Shown: positions 39,072-51,764 of the stretch, one piece after another
Layout of the letters: every line of letters begins with the position of its first letter
Position numbering within the stretch: position 1 is the first letter of the stretch
Assembly (NCBI GenBank): GCA_951406725.2
Contig: OX597816.1
Span: 16,740,001 to 16,804,000, forward strand
DNA: 64,000 nucleotides
Direction: 5' to 3'
Origin: Octopus vulgaris
Lineage: Eukaryota
Translations under genes and position numbers: made by a program
The notes under the pieces: model-generated
What the model saw: only the letters and a program-made list of their open reading frames with translations
What the model was told of the DNA's origin: nothing
Databases searched by the model: none

Positions 39072-39498
39072 ATTTTGATTTTGATTTTGATTTTTTCCAG
39101 TTTCAGCTAATGAGCTGTGGCCATGCTGGGGCACCGCCATTTGGTTTGCTACACGATTTTACCTCACAGATGCTTTTTAGCAAACGCCATCTGATGCATG
39201 AGAGAGTTCGATGCAGCTGCCCTCATCTGCACCTCCTGCCGTGAAGTTGGTTCATCCGGGACACCTGACAGGAAGCGATCCAGTCCTACTTTAAAGACAT
39301 CCGCATCTACACCATGCAGGTCCCTCAGGTTCTTCGGGAGGATATTGAAGAGCTGTGGGCCTCTGAAGCCCAGGCTATCACAATATCTTGTCCTACATCT
39401 TGATGGCAAATTTGGAGTCCTTGGTACTACGCAGTGGCGCCCGGTTCTGGCATTTGTGTGACTCTCGATGCCAAAGTTTGGGACAGGATCTTCCAGAT
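39072..39498 (-). mobile_element. CR1-clade LINE 3' fragment (ORF2 C-terminus, 3' UTR, (CAAAAT)n tail)
   Basis: ORF 39164-39568 contains GPQLFNILPKNLR..VFKVGLDRFLSGVPDEP; 3' UTR GGCGGTGCCCCAGCATGGCCACAGCTCATTAGCTGAAAC. Confidence 0.9.
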
Positions 39499-39899
39499 AT
39501 ATATTATGGCATATATATAGTATTATACTAATACTTAAAAGCAATAAGCCACACATTCTACAATACAAACAAATGAAGTAAAAGTTTAGAGACTAATATT
39601 GTAGGTGCATTAGATAAATATATAAAACAGAGGTAAAAGACCAAAATTAAGTAACTGGTTTCAATACTCAAACTGCTCCAGTTATATGCTATAGTTATAA
39701 TAAACTCAATTGGTTACTAAATGAACTAGTGATACCAAACAGGAAACAAGAGATATGACTGCATTTAAAAATTTAAAATCTAGCATAGAAAAATATATTC
39801 ATTCTAAATAGAAGCAGATAGGGGCCTTATGCAGCTAGAAAACTATTAGATTATCTCAACTGAAGCACTAAAAATAATACCTTGGAAAGAATAGTAGAA

Positions 39900-40372
39900 A
39901 TCTAATACAAAAAGTTAGAAAACCTGATTAAAAGCCAACCAATGTCTTCAAAGAAGCTAACAAATGCAAAAGAGATGCTGAAATGAAAGACAGTTAAGAG
40001 AAGAAAGGAAAAAAATAACAGCAAAAACTGTGACAGAGCAAAAAAAAAAATAATAATAATAACTAAGCTGAAATAGGGCTATGTTAAAGTGATAACAAGA
40101 AAAACCCCTGTAAGACCAATATCTGGAAAAATAGACAACACAGAACAGAGTGGAAATAGACAAAGAAACTTTTGAGTACAGGCTAAGAAGCACAAAACTC
40201 AAAGCTGAAATTGAAAGATTCATGATTGCAGTTCAGAACCAAAGCCTTCTCATCAAAAACTACAAAAAGTATATAATGAAGCAGACTTCATTAAGTAATT
40301 GCAGAATATGTGAAGATCATAGCACCAATATTTTAAAAGGTCTTTATATAGAACAAATAAAGAGAAATTTGA
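39900..40372 (+). mobile_element. Decayed R4/Dong-like LINE fragment
   Basis: LKAEIERFMIAVQNQSL..NY..SNCRICED (ORF 40150-40377) matches the region preceding the CCHC knuckle. Confidence 0.7.
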
Positions 40373-40594
40373 CCTAATGGTTAAGGTGTTGCACCCAAGA
40401 TTGAAAGATTGTGGTTTCAATTCCCTGAACAGGCAGTGTGTTGTTTCATCTTGATCCAGTTCAGTCATCTGTGATGCTAACCCTGCAACAGACTAGTATC
40501 CTGTTCAGGGGTAACTGTTGCAATCTTGGTCACTTAAATACTGTCAAAACTGGGTTAAGCTCCAACATTCTGAGTCCTAGGACTCATGACAGAC
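40371..40594 (+). mobile_element. Decayed family C-like SINE
   Basis: GACCTAATGGTTAAGG A-box-like, GGTTTCAATTCC B-box-like, AACCCTGCAACAGACTAG.ATCCTGTTCAGGGG body. Confidence 0.6.
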
Positions 40595-40817
40595 ATAGCA
40601 CAATATAAATGTGTCAAGTCAGAAGAAAGTGTAAAACTGAAATTTTAACATAGAAATTCTAACAAATTTCATTAACAGAATAAGGATTACTGAGAAAAAA
40701 AAAAAAAGAAATTTGGTGTGATTTGTGGTGGACTTGTTTTCACTAGTTTAATATTTCTTTTAATGTTTCTCAAATCTTTATTAACATTCAGTTTCTACCT
40801 TTCAACATTATATTATA

Positions 40818-41216
40818 CTAGTAGTATAGCCCATCGTTGCTCGGGCTTGTTTTCTTTTCAACCCTTTAGTAGTGGAATTTTTGAAAAGTAAAAATTTTGC
40901 ATTATGTAGCTTGTTATTCCCCTTAAGTGAACATTTTTCTGGTTGAAATACACCAAAAAATGATGACACAGCAGTCAAAAAATCATACAAAAATAGGAAT
41001 TTTCATAGAAAAAAAGCACCTTTTTGATGTAAATAATTTTTGGTCTTAACATGGTCTGATTTGAATTTTTTCTTCTACAGAAGGAAGAGCAAGCCTTCTT
41101 TTATCATTCTATCAATTTTGGTCAACTTGCACCGCAGGGTCTTGGAGGAGACAGTGTTAGTTGAAGGCTACCAAACCCGCCATACACAGACAACTTCAGC
41201 TTTATATAGAGAGAGA
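40818..41216 (-). mobile_element. Non-autonomous Helitron, second copy
   Basis: Reverse complement of 33284-33673 with CTAG at 40818. Confidence 0.9.
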
Positions 41217-42289
41217 TTTAGCTATTTTATCATTAAGATACAAATGTTGACATGTTTTTTGTTTCATTTGATAATCATGAGAAATTGAAAAGAAATAAAG
41301 AGGGAAAAAATGAGAAAAAAAAGGGAAGAAGTTCACAAAAGGATAGCTTCTTTTCTTTTTGTGTTTCAATTATATAATGAACTGATTATCTCAAATATCA
41401 ATAATACCCAAACTATTTCAATACATGTCAATCTCTTGAAACTGAAATATCATTTGCAGTTTGTAGAGTTTAACATATTAAGTTTAATCTGAATATGACA
41501 GTCATGCTAACTTTTATTCAGCCTTTTTAACAACCAACATTTAGCAGCAATTAACAGAAATGGAATAGAAAGAAAAAAAAACAAGTAATGTAACAAGAAA
41601 ATGAAATCCATTTTGTGTTTAAGTCTGTGTTCCCAGAGGCGATAAAGAAATATTTACAATTCAAATTTTACATCTGGTAAAGTATGTAATATGACATGAG
41701 TAAGAATAACAAGGAAATATTCATGTTAGAGTTAATGCAAAATACAAAAACATATTTCAGATGTTTTGCAGTTTGAAATGTACAAATTATTATGGCAATA
41801 ATAAAAATGTCATGTTGTAAACAGACTTTAAGTTAGTGAGTTGTAAAAATCATTTGCTATATAGTAACAGACTAACAATTTCTGAGACTATAAAGAGTTT
41901 GTTAGCATACTAGTAACTATAAACAGTTTGTTAGCATACCAGTCTCTCCTCTTTAAGATATTTTAATGATGCAGCTTTAGATTGCATCTGTAGCTATGCA
42001 TAAGGTTACTAATATAATTGAAAATATGCTGCATATCACAAAATAAAAATTTGAATATATTTTCTAATCATGTTATTTGGAAATAAAATACTATCATTTT
42101 ATTAATAATAAACACTAAAACAACAAACTTAATTTCTTTCACCTCAGTAAGAATTTCCATACATATAGTCTAAAACAAGCATTTGACAATATTTGCCTTG
42201 CATTGCACTTAATATACAAGACAGAATACAGGTGAAGAAGACTTTTATCATGGAATTGTTTAGAAAATAAACCATTCTTTAAGCCACAT

Positions 42290-42320
<31 letters not shown>

Positions 42321-42423
42321 CTCTTTGCATGAAAACCACCCTGTACATAACTCCATGTCCTCCTACATGGCCTTGCTTTTTGAGCCAAAAAATTAACTTA
42401 GCTAACTTAACTTATATCCATAA

Positions 42424-42617
42424 ATGTGCTGGTGGCATGTAAAAGCACCCACTACACTCTCGGAGTGGTTGGCATTAGGAAGGGCATTCCAGCTGTAGAA
42501 ACTCTGCCTGTTCGGACTGGAGTCTGGTGCAGCCATCTGGTTTGCCAGACCTCAGTCAAATCGTCCAACCCATGCTAGCATGGAAAGTGGACGTTAAACG
42601 ATGATGATGATGATGAT
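42424..42617 (+). mobile_element. RTE-type 3' tail
   Basis: Standard tail with (GAT)n. Confidence 0.85.
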
Positions 42618-43523
42618 ATAGTTACAAACCAAGGGATTTTAAAAGCAGGTATATAAAAAAAGAGAAACAATAAAAGAAACATATATTCCAAAACTAAGCA
42701 GGACTAATTTTGCTATGCTAGAAATAGACCAAGTGTAAAAGATTTTAGAACAACTGAAGGACAGAGTAAAATATGTAATGAAATGGTAAGTGATTTGGAG
42801 AAGCTTATAAATAACTAGGATTATATAGACTTATGTAATAACTTTATTTTAAGAAAATAAATAATGATGTATGTAGATGTGTAAGCTATTCTACAATTAA
42901 AGGTGTCAACAAGTGCACAACACATATAATTTCAGATCATTTTGATTGGTCCGTTTGTTTCTTTTTCTTTTTGTAAGAAGGAGAATCTATTTCTTATCAA
43001 CTTCTTTCATGGTTATTATAATAATTATATTTCAATCGCAAATATGAGTTTAATCTGTATAATATTTATTTCATAGCAATAATGATAATAAACTTCCAAT
43101 TACAATATATGTTTGAGTTTTTTTTTTAAATCGATTGATTTCATCAGTGTAATATTGAAATTTAATTTTAAATTCATTTATCTAAGGAAATCCGATTGAT
43201 TTATGAATCATGTCCTTCTATATTTTATTTATTTTCTTCAAAATCAGGTTTGCAAATCAGAAAGGTAGGGAGTGAAAGGTAGAATAATGAAGGTAAATGC
43301 AAATTTTTTTCAATTCAAAAAGATAGATATACGTATGTACAAGCCTCTTTCCCCCCTCTTTCTCTCTTACACACATAATAGAAATTGTGTGTACAAATGG
43401 ATGTACAACTGCTACTATTACACTTAGAGCTTATTCCAGTCTACTTCCTCTGTAGTTGTTATCTAACTTCTCTTTCTCATATATATATATTGATATATAT
43501 ATATATGTGAGTGTGCATGAGAA

Positions 43524-43575
<52 letters not shown>

Positions 43576-43579
<4 letters not shown>

Positions 43580-43800
43580 TAAATTAGAGATAAAACCACT
43601 ATTAGGCAAATCATACAATGAAAAACTTAAGCCAATACATAAGATTATTTAATTTATATTATTTAAATATATAACAAAATTATTAAAAAATATAATTAAT
43701 ATAACACTACGATCGTTTCATGGCTGTTAATTTCTTAAAATTTTCGAGTTACAGTCATTCATCAGGTGGTTTAAATATTTAACTTGGCGAGGTTTAATCA
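43576..43800 (-). mobile_element. AT-rich Penelope-like pseudo-LTR fragment inserted in a (TA)n tract
   Basis: Bounded by (TA)n on both sides; carries a canonical hammerhead. Confidence 0.6.
43705..43768 (-). ncRNA. Type I hammerhead ribozyme with intact catalytic core
   Basis: CAC-CUGAUGA-AUGACUGU..ACAGCCAU-GAAAC-gauc-GUA-GUG: helix I CAC/GUG, helix II 7 of 8 bp, palindromic ACGAUCGU helix III, GUA cleavage triplet. Confidence 0.8.
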
Positions 43801-43830
43801 ATATATATATATATTTATATATACACACAC

Positions 43831-43869
<39 letters not shown>

Positions 43870-44025
43870 CAGAGTGGTTGGCATTAGGAAGGGCATCCAG
43901 CTGTAGAAACAGTGCCAGATCAGACTGGAGCCTGGTGCAGCCTCCTGGCTTCTCAGACCCTGGTTGAACTGTCTAACCTATGCTAGCATGGAAAACGGAC
44001 GTTAAACAATGATAATGATGATGAT

Positions 44026-44027
<2 letters not shown>
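43870..44027 (+). mobile_element. RTE-type 3' tail
   Basis: GAGTGGTTGGCATTAGGAAGGGCATCCAGC..(GAT)n. Confidence 0.85.
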
Positions 44028-44093
<66 letters not shown>

Positions 44094-44139
44094 AGAGAGA
44101 GGGGGGAGAAGAAGAGAGAAGGTAGGTAAATAGAATATT

Positions 44140-44353
44140 CTTTTCTACTCTAGACACAAGGCCCAAAATTTTGGGAGAGGGGTCCAGCTGATTAGATCGA
44201 TCCCAGTATGCAACCGGTACTTAATTTATCGACCCCGAAAGGACGAAAGGCAGAGGTGACCTTGGCGGAATTTGAACTCAGAACATAAAAGACAGATGAA
44301 ATACCGCTAAACATTTCACCTGGCATGTTAATGTTTCTGCCAGCTTGCTGCCT
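44140..44353 (-). mobile_element. SINE family B with 17-bp TSD
   Basis: TSD TAGGTAA(A/G)TAGAATATT at 44123-44139 and 44354-44370. Confidence 0.9.
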
Positions 44354-44726
44354 TAGGTAAGTAGAATATTGAATTGATTTCATCATATATTGTTTTTATC
44401 ACCACAGGTCTTAATGCAGTTTTCTCTTAATTTTTATTCCAAGTCAAACATTCCAATAAAAGATCATTTTCTGTTGTTTTGGACCTTTCCAAGGTTTCAT
44501 TTGCAACAATAACTTCATATACATATACTTCTTAAATTACCAAAATATATTCAGTTATTTGTGCTCTTCTTACAGTCTCCTTTAAGTTAGACACTGTTAC
44601 CACCATCACACCTCTATGAGCCTGCAATTAGATGTTGCAAAACGATTTCAAATAATCCTCTGTATTTACAAATGCTGTTTTGATCTGTGCATCCATTGTT
44701 TTCTTTATTCACATAAGGGAGAGAAT

Positions 44727-45065
44727 TGGGTAAGTGTCTTCTACTATAGCCTTGGGCCGACCAAAGCCTTATGAGTGGAATTGGTAGACGGAAACTGAAA
44801 GAAGCCCGTCATGTGTGTGAGTGTGTGTGTATGTGTGTTTGTGTGTGTATGTTTGAGTGTCTGTGTTTGTCCCCCCAACATCGCTTGACAACCGATGCTG
44901 GTGTGTTTACATCCCCATAACTTAGCGATTCAGCAAAAAAGAGACCGATAGAATAAGTACTAGGCTTACAAAGAATAAGTCCTGGGGTTGATTTGCTCGA
45001 CTACAGGCGGTGCTCCAGCATGGCCACAGTCAAATGACTGAAACAAGGAAAAGAGTAAAAAGAGA
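44727..45065 (+). mobile_element. SINE family A, 5'-truncated
   Basis: Starts at TTGGGTAAGTGTCTTCTACTATAG; complete tail. Confidence 0.9.
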
Positions 45066-45685
45066 GGGAGATTCTATTTTTGCTCGAAGAGTAATAATAA
45101 AGGCTTTTATCCAATCGCAAAATCATGTTTAACCTGTCATTACTGTTGTTGTTAGAGTGGTGAGGAAAAATCGCTAGGGTGGTGGAAAAATGTGCCATGC
45201 TGCATTTCTCCTGGCTCTTTACCCTCTGTGTTCAAATACCTATAATAACCATACTATTGTGCAAGCAGTGAGCACTAATGTATTGCTGTATTATAAAAAA
45301 TATATAGCAGTTAAGAAATATCTATCATTGTATTTATAATTAGTACAACTGCAATGACAAATCATCCATAATGACAGACATAGGTATATAGAAAATAGCT
45401 ATACTAAGATTTGTAAATATTGTTATCTTGAGAATTAAAGACATTATTGCACTCAAGGAAGTTGTCTGTTATCTTAGCATAACATTGAAGTAATTTGCTC
45501 CTGCTAAGTCAACAGTAATTACGCTTTTGTTGTTTTGTCATGGAAAATTATATCAGCTTTGTTGTATGCTGGTGGTCTGTAAGTAGGCGAAACTTCAATA
45601 TAATTTCCATCTTGTGATTTACAAAGACAGCTAGAGGTTCATATTGTAACTGGTCTCATTGTTGGACTGCTCAAAGACTGCTCAT

Positions 45686-46083
45686 TTCTCTTTCTCTCTT
45701 TTATACTTGTTTCAGTCATTTGACTGCGGCCATGCTGGAGCACTGCCTTTAGTCGAGCAAATCGACCGCGGGACTTATTCTTTGTAAGCCCAGTACTTAT
45801 TCTATCGAAGCGCTAAGTGACGGCGACGTAAACGTATCAGCATCGGTTGTCAAGCAATGCTAGGGGGACAAACACAGACACACACACAAACACACATATA
45901 TATACATATATACGACAGGCTTCTTTCAGTTTCCGTCTACCAAATCCACTCACAAGGCATTGGTCAGCCTGGGGTTATAGCAGAAGTCACTTGCCCAAGA
46001 TGCCACGCAGTGGGACTGAACCCGAAACCATGTGGTTGGTTAGCAAGCTACTTACCACTTACCACACAGCCACTCCTACGCCT
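45686..46083 (-). mobile_element. SINE family A
   Basis: Same motifs, small internal deletion. Confidence 0.9.
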
Positions 46084-47184
46084 GCAATAATTTGCAAACT
46101 TAATGTTGTAACTATTGTGAAAAGAAATTCAGAAGACAAGACCATAAGAAAAATTAAGTGTTTTAAAACCAAAGGCTATGAAATAATGATCCCCTTCTAC
46201 AAAAAGTGTGAAGGAAAACTAAAAAGAGATGTTAACCTTTACAAAAAATCTAGTGTCAATAATAAGCAGAGTTTATTGAGAGGGTAGCCTTCAATATACT
46301 GAGTAAAAATACACAGAAACCATGATTAGTCTAAAAAAAAAAAAATGAAAACATAGAACCCTTTTAAACCAAAAGAATAGATTGTTTCTAATTCTGATTC
46401 AGCTGTTTCAGAGGATGTCTCCTAAAAGAGACTAACAAAATTGTAGACAAGTCCATTTCAGATATTCAACGATGTGGGTAGAGTAAATTAGCCATTTATG
46501 TATCTTACTTAATGTATATGCGCTGTCAATAGGTTTAGTTACTGTAGTATTTATCCTGAGATGATATGTCTTAAGGACTTACTGCGTAAAAACCACAATG
46601 AGAATTAGGGAAAGAGAAAGACTTGTCCCAGCAGCAGTTGGCAAGAATATCAGGCAGCAAATTCCAATCTTTTTGAGGCCACATATTTGAATGGAAATTC
46701 TTTGTCTCTGATATAGGAAAAAGTGATTAAAACATTCACTGATTTTCCATATAGCTGTCTGGCTGATTAAATATCTGATATGTGAAATTGAAAGAGTATT
46801 TAATTAAAACAACCTTACTTAATGTATACATGATCATACTTTATGTATACTTAATGATCATACTTAATGTATACGTCGGCTAGACACCTCCACTTGAAAA
46901 TTGCTGGCCTTATGCCTAAATCTGAAACCAAAATTTAGGCTGCTGAATTGGCAGAACTGTAAGAGCATCAGATAACATTTCCTTGCAGTATTTACCTACA
47001 GTTCGTTACATTCTGGGCTCTAATCCCATGGAGGTCAACTTTGGATTTTGTCCTTCTGGGGGAGGAGTACATTAATAAAATAAAGTACCAGTCATGCCCA
47101 CGTTATAATTACTGTATTTAATAGCACATAAAATATACTTTTTCTTCAAGAAAAAGGTCACCAAAATAGCCCCAGTCTATTTTA

Positions 47185-47356
47185 CAAGATTTAATGCACA
47201 GAGTTGCTGAAGCATGGAATAAACTGCCTGCATCAGTTGTTGACTGCCATGACACTGCATCCTTTAAGGCCCTCATGCTTTCCGAAATCCGCCGAAACTA
47301 CATCTGATTATATATACACTTTAGATGAGTTGTAGTGCACCTGAGCACTGTACACA

Positions 47357-47389
<33 letters not shown>
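47185..47389 (+). mobile_element. CR1/L2-group LINE extreme 3' fragment with (TTA)n tail
   Basis: RVAEAWNKLPASVVDCHDTASFK ORF2 C-terminal motif, short UTR TGTAGTGCACCTGAGCAC, (TTA)n. Confidence 0.8.
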
Positions 47390-47391
<2 letters not shown>

Positions 47392-47414
47392 AGGAAAAGC
47401 AAAGTCTAATAGAG

Positions 47415-47570
47415 ATTGGCACCATTGACATTGCAACTCATTTCTACAGCTGAGTGAACTGGAGCAATGTGAAATAAAGTGTCTTGCTCAAGACAACCCA
47501 GTCTGGGAATCGAACTCACTACCTCATGATTGTAAGCCTGATGCTCTAATCATATAGCCATGCACCTTCA
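47415..47570 (-). mobile_element. Family C SINE head fragment
   Basis: CAGCTGAGTGAACTGGAGCAATGTGAAATAAAGTGTCTTGCTCAAG matches 30437-30483. Confidence 0.7.
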
Positions 47571-47653
47571 CATATGTATATGTATACCTATACATACATA
47601 TATGTCATCATCATAGTCATCATTGTTTAATGTCCACTGTCCATGCAGGCATG

Positions 47654-47687
<34 letters not shown>

Positions 47688-47747
47688 AAACATTTCTCTG
47701 CACTTGTCAGTCTGTCTCTGAATACACATAGACATCATACATTTGTA

Positions 47748-48195
47748 CAGGCCTGGCTGAATGATTAACAAGTTTGCTTCCCAGCCACATGATTTTGGGT
47801 TCAGTTCCACTGCATGGCACCTAGAGAATGTGTCTTCTACAACAGCTATGGATTGACCAGAACCTTGTGAATAGATTTGGTGCACAGAAACTGAAAGCCC
47901 ATCATATATGTATATATATATTTGCATGTAAGTCAGTTTAAGCATGTGTATCTTTGTGTCTCCTTGTCTTGATGTAGCATGATTATTGATGATTATTGTA
48001 AACCAATGTCATTCATTTCCAGTATTCTGCAAAAACATGTCTGGCCATAGGGAAATATTACACTGCTTAGAAACATGTTATGGTTTGTAACAGGAAGGGC
48101 ATCCAGCTGTAAGAAATCTGCTACAATAAAACTCTATCTGACTCATGCAAACATGAAAAAAAGTGGACATTAAAATAATGATAATGATGATGATA
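47748..48195 (+). mobile_element. SINE with family A head and RTE-type tail, second copy
   Basis: Same architecture as 16815-17220. Confidence 0.75.
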
Positions 48196-49228
48196 ACATA
48201 ATTACGTACAGTATGTACACACACACACACATGCACGCGTGCGTGCATGACTTAAAAAGAAAAACAGTTTTCTTTGAGTATTTTATTAATCTATTTCTGT
48301 CTGTCAGCCTCTCTTTCTCTCTCACTACATTTTTTGATTATAATATGTCTGATTTACAAATCCTTTTAATTTGAAAAAAACTTACTTATTCAAAAAAAAA
48401 AAAAAACCTCTGATTTCCACAAATACATAAATTTTAAATAAAACTTGAACATTACAATGATGAGATCAATTAAGATCAAAATACATATATGTTATTGGAA
48501 TTCTATTATAATTATTACAGAGGAGGAAAAAAAAATTAGATAAAACATCATTCAGCAATTGAAATATAACAATTATTATTGCTGCCAAACAAGTAAATAC
48601 GAAACAGATCCTCTCTTTTTACAAAATAATTTCAGATAATCTGACAGAACACCAATTACAATAACCAGAAACAAGTCAATAAAACTATGTGGCAAACACA
48701 CCATGCAACTATTGAAAAATTATAGGGTTTGTGATGGATGCTCTTTCAAATGAATTGAAGGCTAACAGTAATAAAAATTCATAACTTTGAATGAGATTAT
48801 TTAAAAAAATGAGAATATTTCGAAATTGCACACGAGAAAAAAAAAAAAAAATTATGAATAACAATTATTTCTTTATTAGAATTCTTTATTACAACTAGAT
48901 TTTGTAAAACAATAATTCAAAATTGTTTTCCTTGTTTTTTTTTTTTTTGTTTTTAAAATCAACTTGCAAGAGATAAAATACAAAACATTTAAACTCAGAA
49001 AAACCAAACTTCATACAGTGATGACCAAAACAAGTGCTTCTCTCATGGTAATTAGTCCACTAAAATTAACAAACAAATATCCTTCAAACCAAAGCTTACT
49101 GCTTTAAATAATAAAAGAACACTTTAGACACTCTTAAAAAAAGACTGGTTGGTCTCAGGTAGAATGCTTTAGATATATGTCTGCTCAGTCAGAATTGACT
49201 TGGGGGTTAACCAGCAACAGCAACAACA

Positions 49229-49420
49229 GGAGGCGCAATGGCCCAGTGGTTAGGGCAGTGGACTCGCGGTTGTAAGAATGTGGTTTCGATTCCCAGACCA
49301 GGCATTGTGGGTGTTTATTGAACAAAAACACCTAAGCTCCACAAGGCTCCAACAGGGGTGGAGGTGAACCCTACTGTAGTCTTTCACCACAACTTTCTCT
49401 CACTCTTTCTTCCTACTTCT
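49229..49420 (+). mobile_element. tRNA-headed SINE (family C-related head)
   Basis: GGAGGCGCAATGGCCCAGTGGTTAGGGC A-box, GGTTTCGATTCCC B-box. Confidence 0.75.
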
Positions 49421-49427
49421 GTCACAA

Positions 49428-49720
49428 AGCAGAGGAACCATGGTGTAACCCACTCTGGTGTGGTAAAACTTTCAGACTCTAGTCTAGATTGCGAATCCTT
49501 TGTACCCCAGGATGGTTCAGCTCTCCACCCATTAAAAGACACCGTTTACAGAATGAGGATAACAACGTAGCTTTTGCACCCATGCAACTGCCCGTCTTTC
49601 GCGTGTGGTGGGTGGATCTTCAAGTTGCCACACGCATTCTTAGTAGCTTAGAGTAGGCTCAAATTAGAGGTTATTCTTTGTGGCTAATGGTGTGAGTCCT
49701 GATTGGAAGAAGAAGAAGAC
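49428..49720 (+). mobile_element. Probable additional SINE (family D) with (GAA)n tail
   Basis: tRNA-like start TGGTGTGGTAAAAC..CAGACTCTAGTCT..GCGAATCCT, Nin-like GGTTCAGCTCTCCACCC, internal stem GCGTGTGG/CCACACGC, (GAA)n end. Confidence 0.45.
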
Positions 49721-50654
49721 GATGATGATGACAACGACAGCAACAACAATATCATGTGGCAAAGCAATTAGTTTATATTACTGCAATGTCTGAGATCTCT
49801 ATCCTAAACACAACAGTCATACGAACAGTCTTATCCAAGCTCTAAAAATGAAATAACATTTTTTTCTCATAAGTGCGAGAAAGTTATTTAGTAAGCATAA
49901 GCGTGATAAAAATGAAATGAAAGTAATTCTGCAGTCTATCAGATTAAAGACAAAGGTGATGGAAATAGTTGACTGTGTATCAAAACGAAAAAGACACTCT
50001 AATCCAAAACTCAGTAATCAAAATGATATTAGTTTCAAAATAATTAAATATACATTATTGCAATATCAAATATAAACTGATATTATTGATTAATAAACCA
50101 ACGATAAAATGCAACAGTGATCGAAAATGAAATTTCTGTTTTATGTTTCTGAAATGCTAAACTACTTATTATTAAAATAAAGTACTTTTTATCATATTTG
50201 ATCAGAAATTTAAATTATATATCCTATACAGATATACAACCTGTTTACACATACATATCTTTACAGAGACTATATACATTTCAAGTCAATAATGGAAAGT
50301 CTATGTGGTCAGGTGACCTGCTAGAAACATCAACCAAATCTTCCTTAAAAAGAAGGACAAATTGGATAACGTAGCCTGAGACACATTTTGATCATTCATC
50401 TGTTCAATTACTGCTATTCTAAGGCTAAACAGCATATAGATGTTATATAAATGGAAATATAAATACAAACTCATTTATAAGGATATTTCAAACATAAATT
50501 ACAATAAACAACTCTCAAGAGTAATAGTGAGGCAATGAATACGATGTCACCAAGACTATTAATGTAAATCAGGGTATGGTTGTGATTCATCAGAAAGTCA
50601 CTAAAATTCTACAGCTCCTGCACTTCCTAGCATACACTGATGTATTTAATATAT

Positions 50655-50870
50655 ATGTATAGTTAATCCAAACATGAAAACACAAAGACAAAACACAACA
50701 ACGTGAGGATGTGGAACAAGTACTGTGTTATTGGACTTCAGGAAAGGAATGAAAGAAGGAGGATTTAACGTTTTGAGCGGAGCTCTTCGTCAGAAACATA
50801 GGAAAAAGAAAGATCCAAGGAAGGGAAGATGGAGGAAAAAGATTGCCAATGGTACACAGGCAGTCACAGA
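50655..50870 (-). mobile_element. Penelope-like pseudo-LTR fragment with hammerhead motif
   Basis: Minus 50797-50763 reads GUUU-CUGACGA-A-GAGC ucc GCUC-AAAAC-GUU-AAA (G12 changed to A; palindromic AACGUU). Confidence 0.65.
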
Positions 50871-50899
50871 CAAAGAACAGGTGATGATCAGTAACAATA

Positions 50900-51000
50900 G
50901 AGTAATATATTAAACCTCTTTGCCACCACCTTCTCTTCTTTCCATTCAGTGTGGGGTAACTGTTATCTCTTCTACAGCAAGACAGCTGTTTCGATCCCTC
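50900..51000 (-). mobile_element. Another Penelope-like fragment retaining only the 3' half of a hammerhead
   Basis: Minus 50997-50977: GGAUC-GAAAC-agcu-GUC-UUGC, palindromic ACAGCUGU; no CUGANGA upstream. Confidence 0.45.
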
Positions 51001-51764
51001 TATTATACTTTTATAGCTCATTACCTGCTATAAAGTAATCTATTACGATACTGCACCCACCTGAGTTGAGGGCATCTTGTCTTGTGAGTTATTTGGTGAC
51101 CTCACAAGAGTCAGAACTATGCAAAAAGCATCCTGTACTCTCTGGGAAGCGTCTGGCATTAAGAAGGGTATCCAACAACAAAAACGATGCCAAAGCAGAT
51201 ACTGAAACTTGGCATAGAGCTCTGGCTTATTGTCTCCTGACAACCCATGCTAATATGGAAAATGGATATTAAACAATGGTGATAATGATTCTAAATTCAA
51301 ATCTTGTTATGCTTTTCTTTCCAATGCTCCAGGGCTTGTGTAACAAGTACCAGAAATGTAGACTGACCAATTCAATTGACTATACTCGTTTCTGACCTCA
51401 TGCTAAAGTTTGAAGTCTGTGTATTTAGTATATTACAACTGTCTATTCATACCATACTCTCAAAAAGTTTTGCTATATATATATTACAACTATCACCAAC
51501 TTTCTCAATTTCTTAAGAGATGCTTGAAAATGTGGTTGGGGGTAAAATAGCAATTACTGATGAATAAATTTCATCTTGACACTAAACTAGTCTATTTGGT
51601 GTAGTTATTTAAGTAAAAAGGTGTAAGAACGTAAAACATGTTTATCTAGTTACATAACAGATTAGATTACACAGGAATGTCAAAAATAAGTAGCAAATTC
51701 ATATTTGTTGCAGAGAGATTCTAAATGTTAAGATTAATCTACTAGATATCATATTTATTATTAA

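Noticed and set aside
41887-41943. 29-bp tandem duplication
   Set aside because: Ordinary slippage duplication with no further structure
45400-46150. Possible LINE endonuclease relic on the minus strand (TYRPP and LQIIAG motifs)
   Set aside because: Only two short motifs; too decayed to call without an alignment
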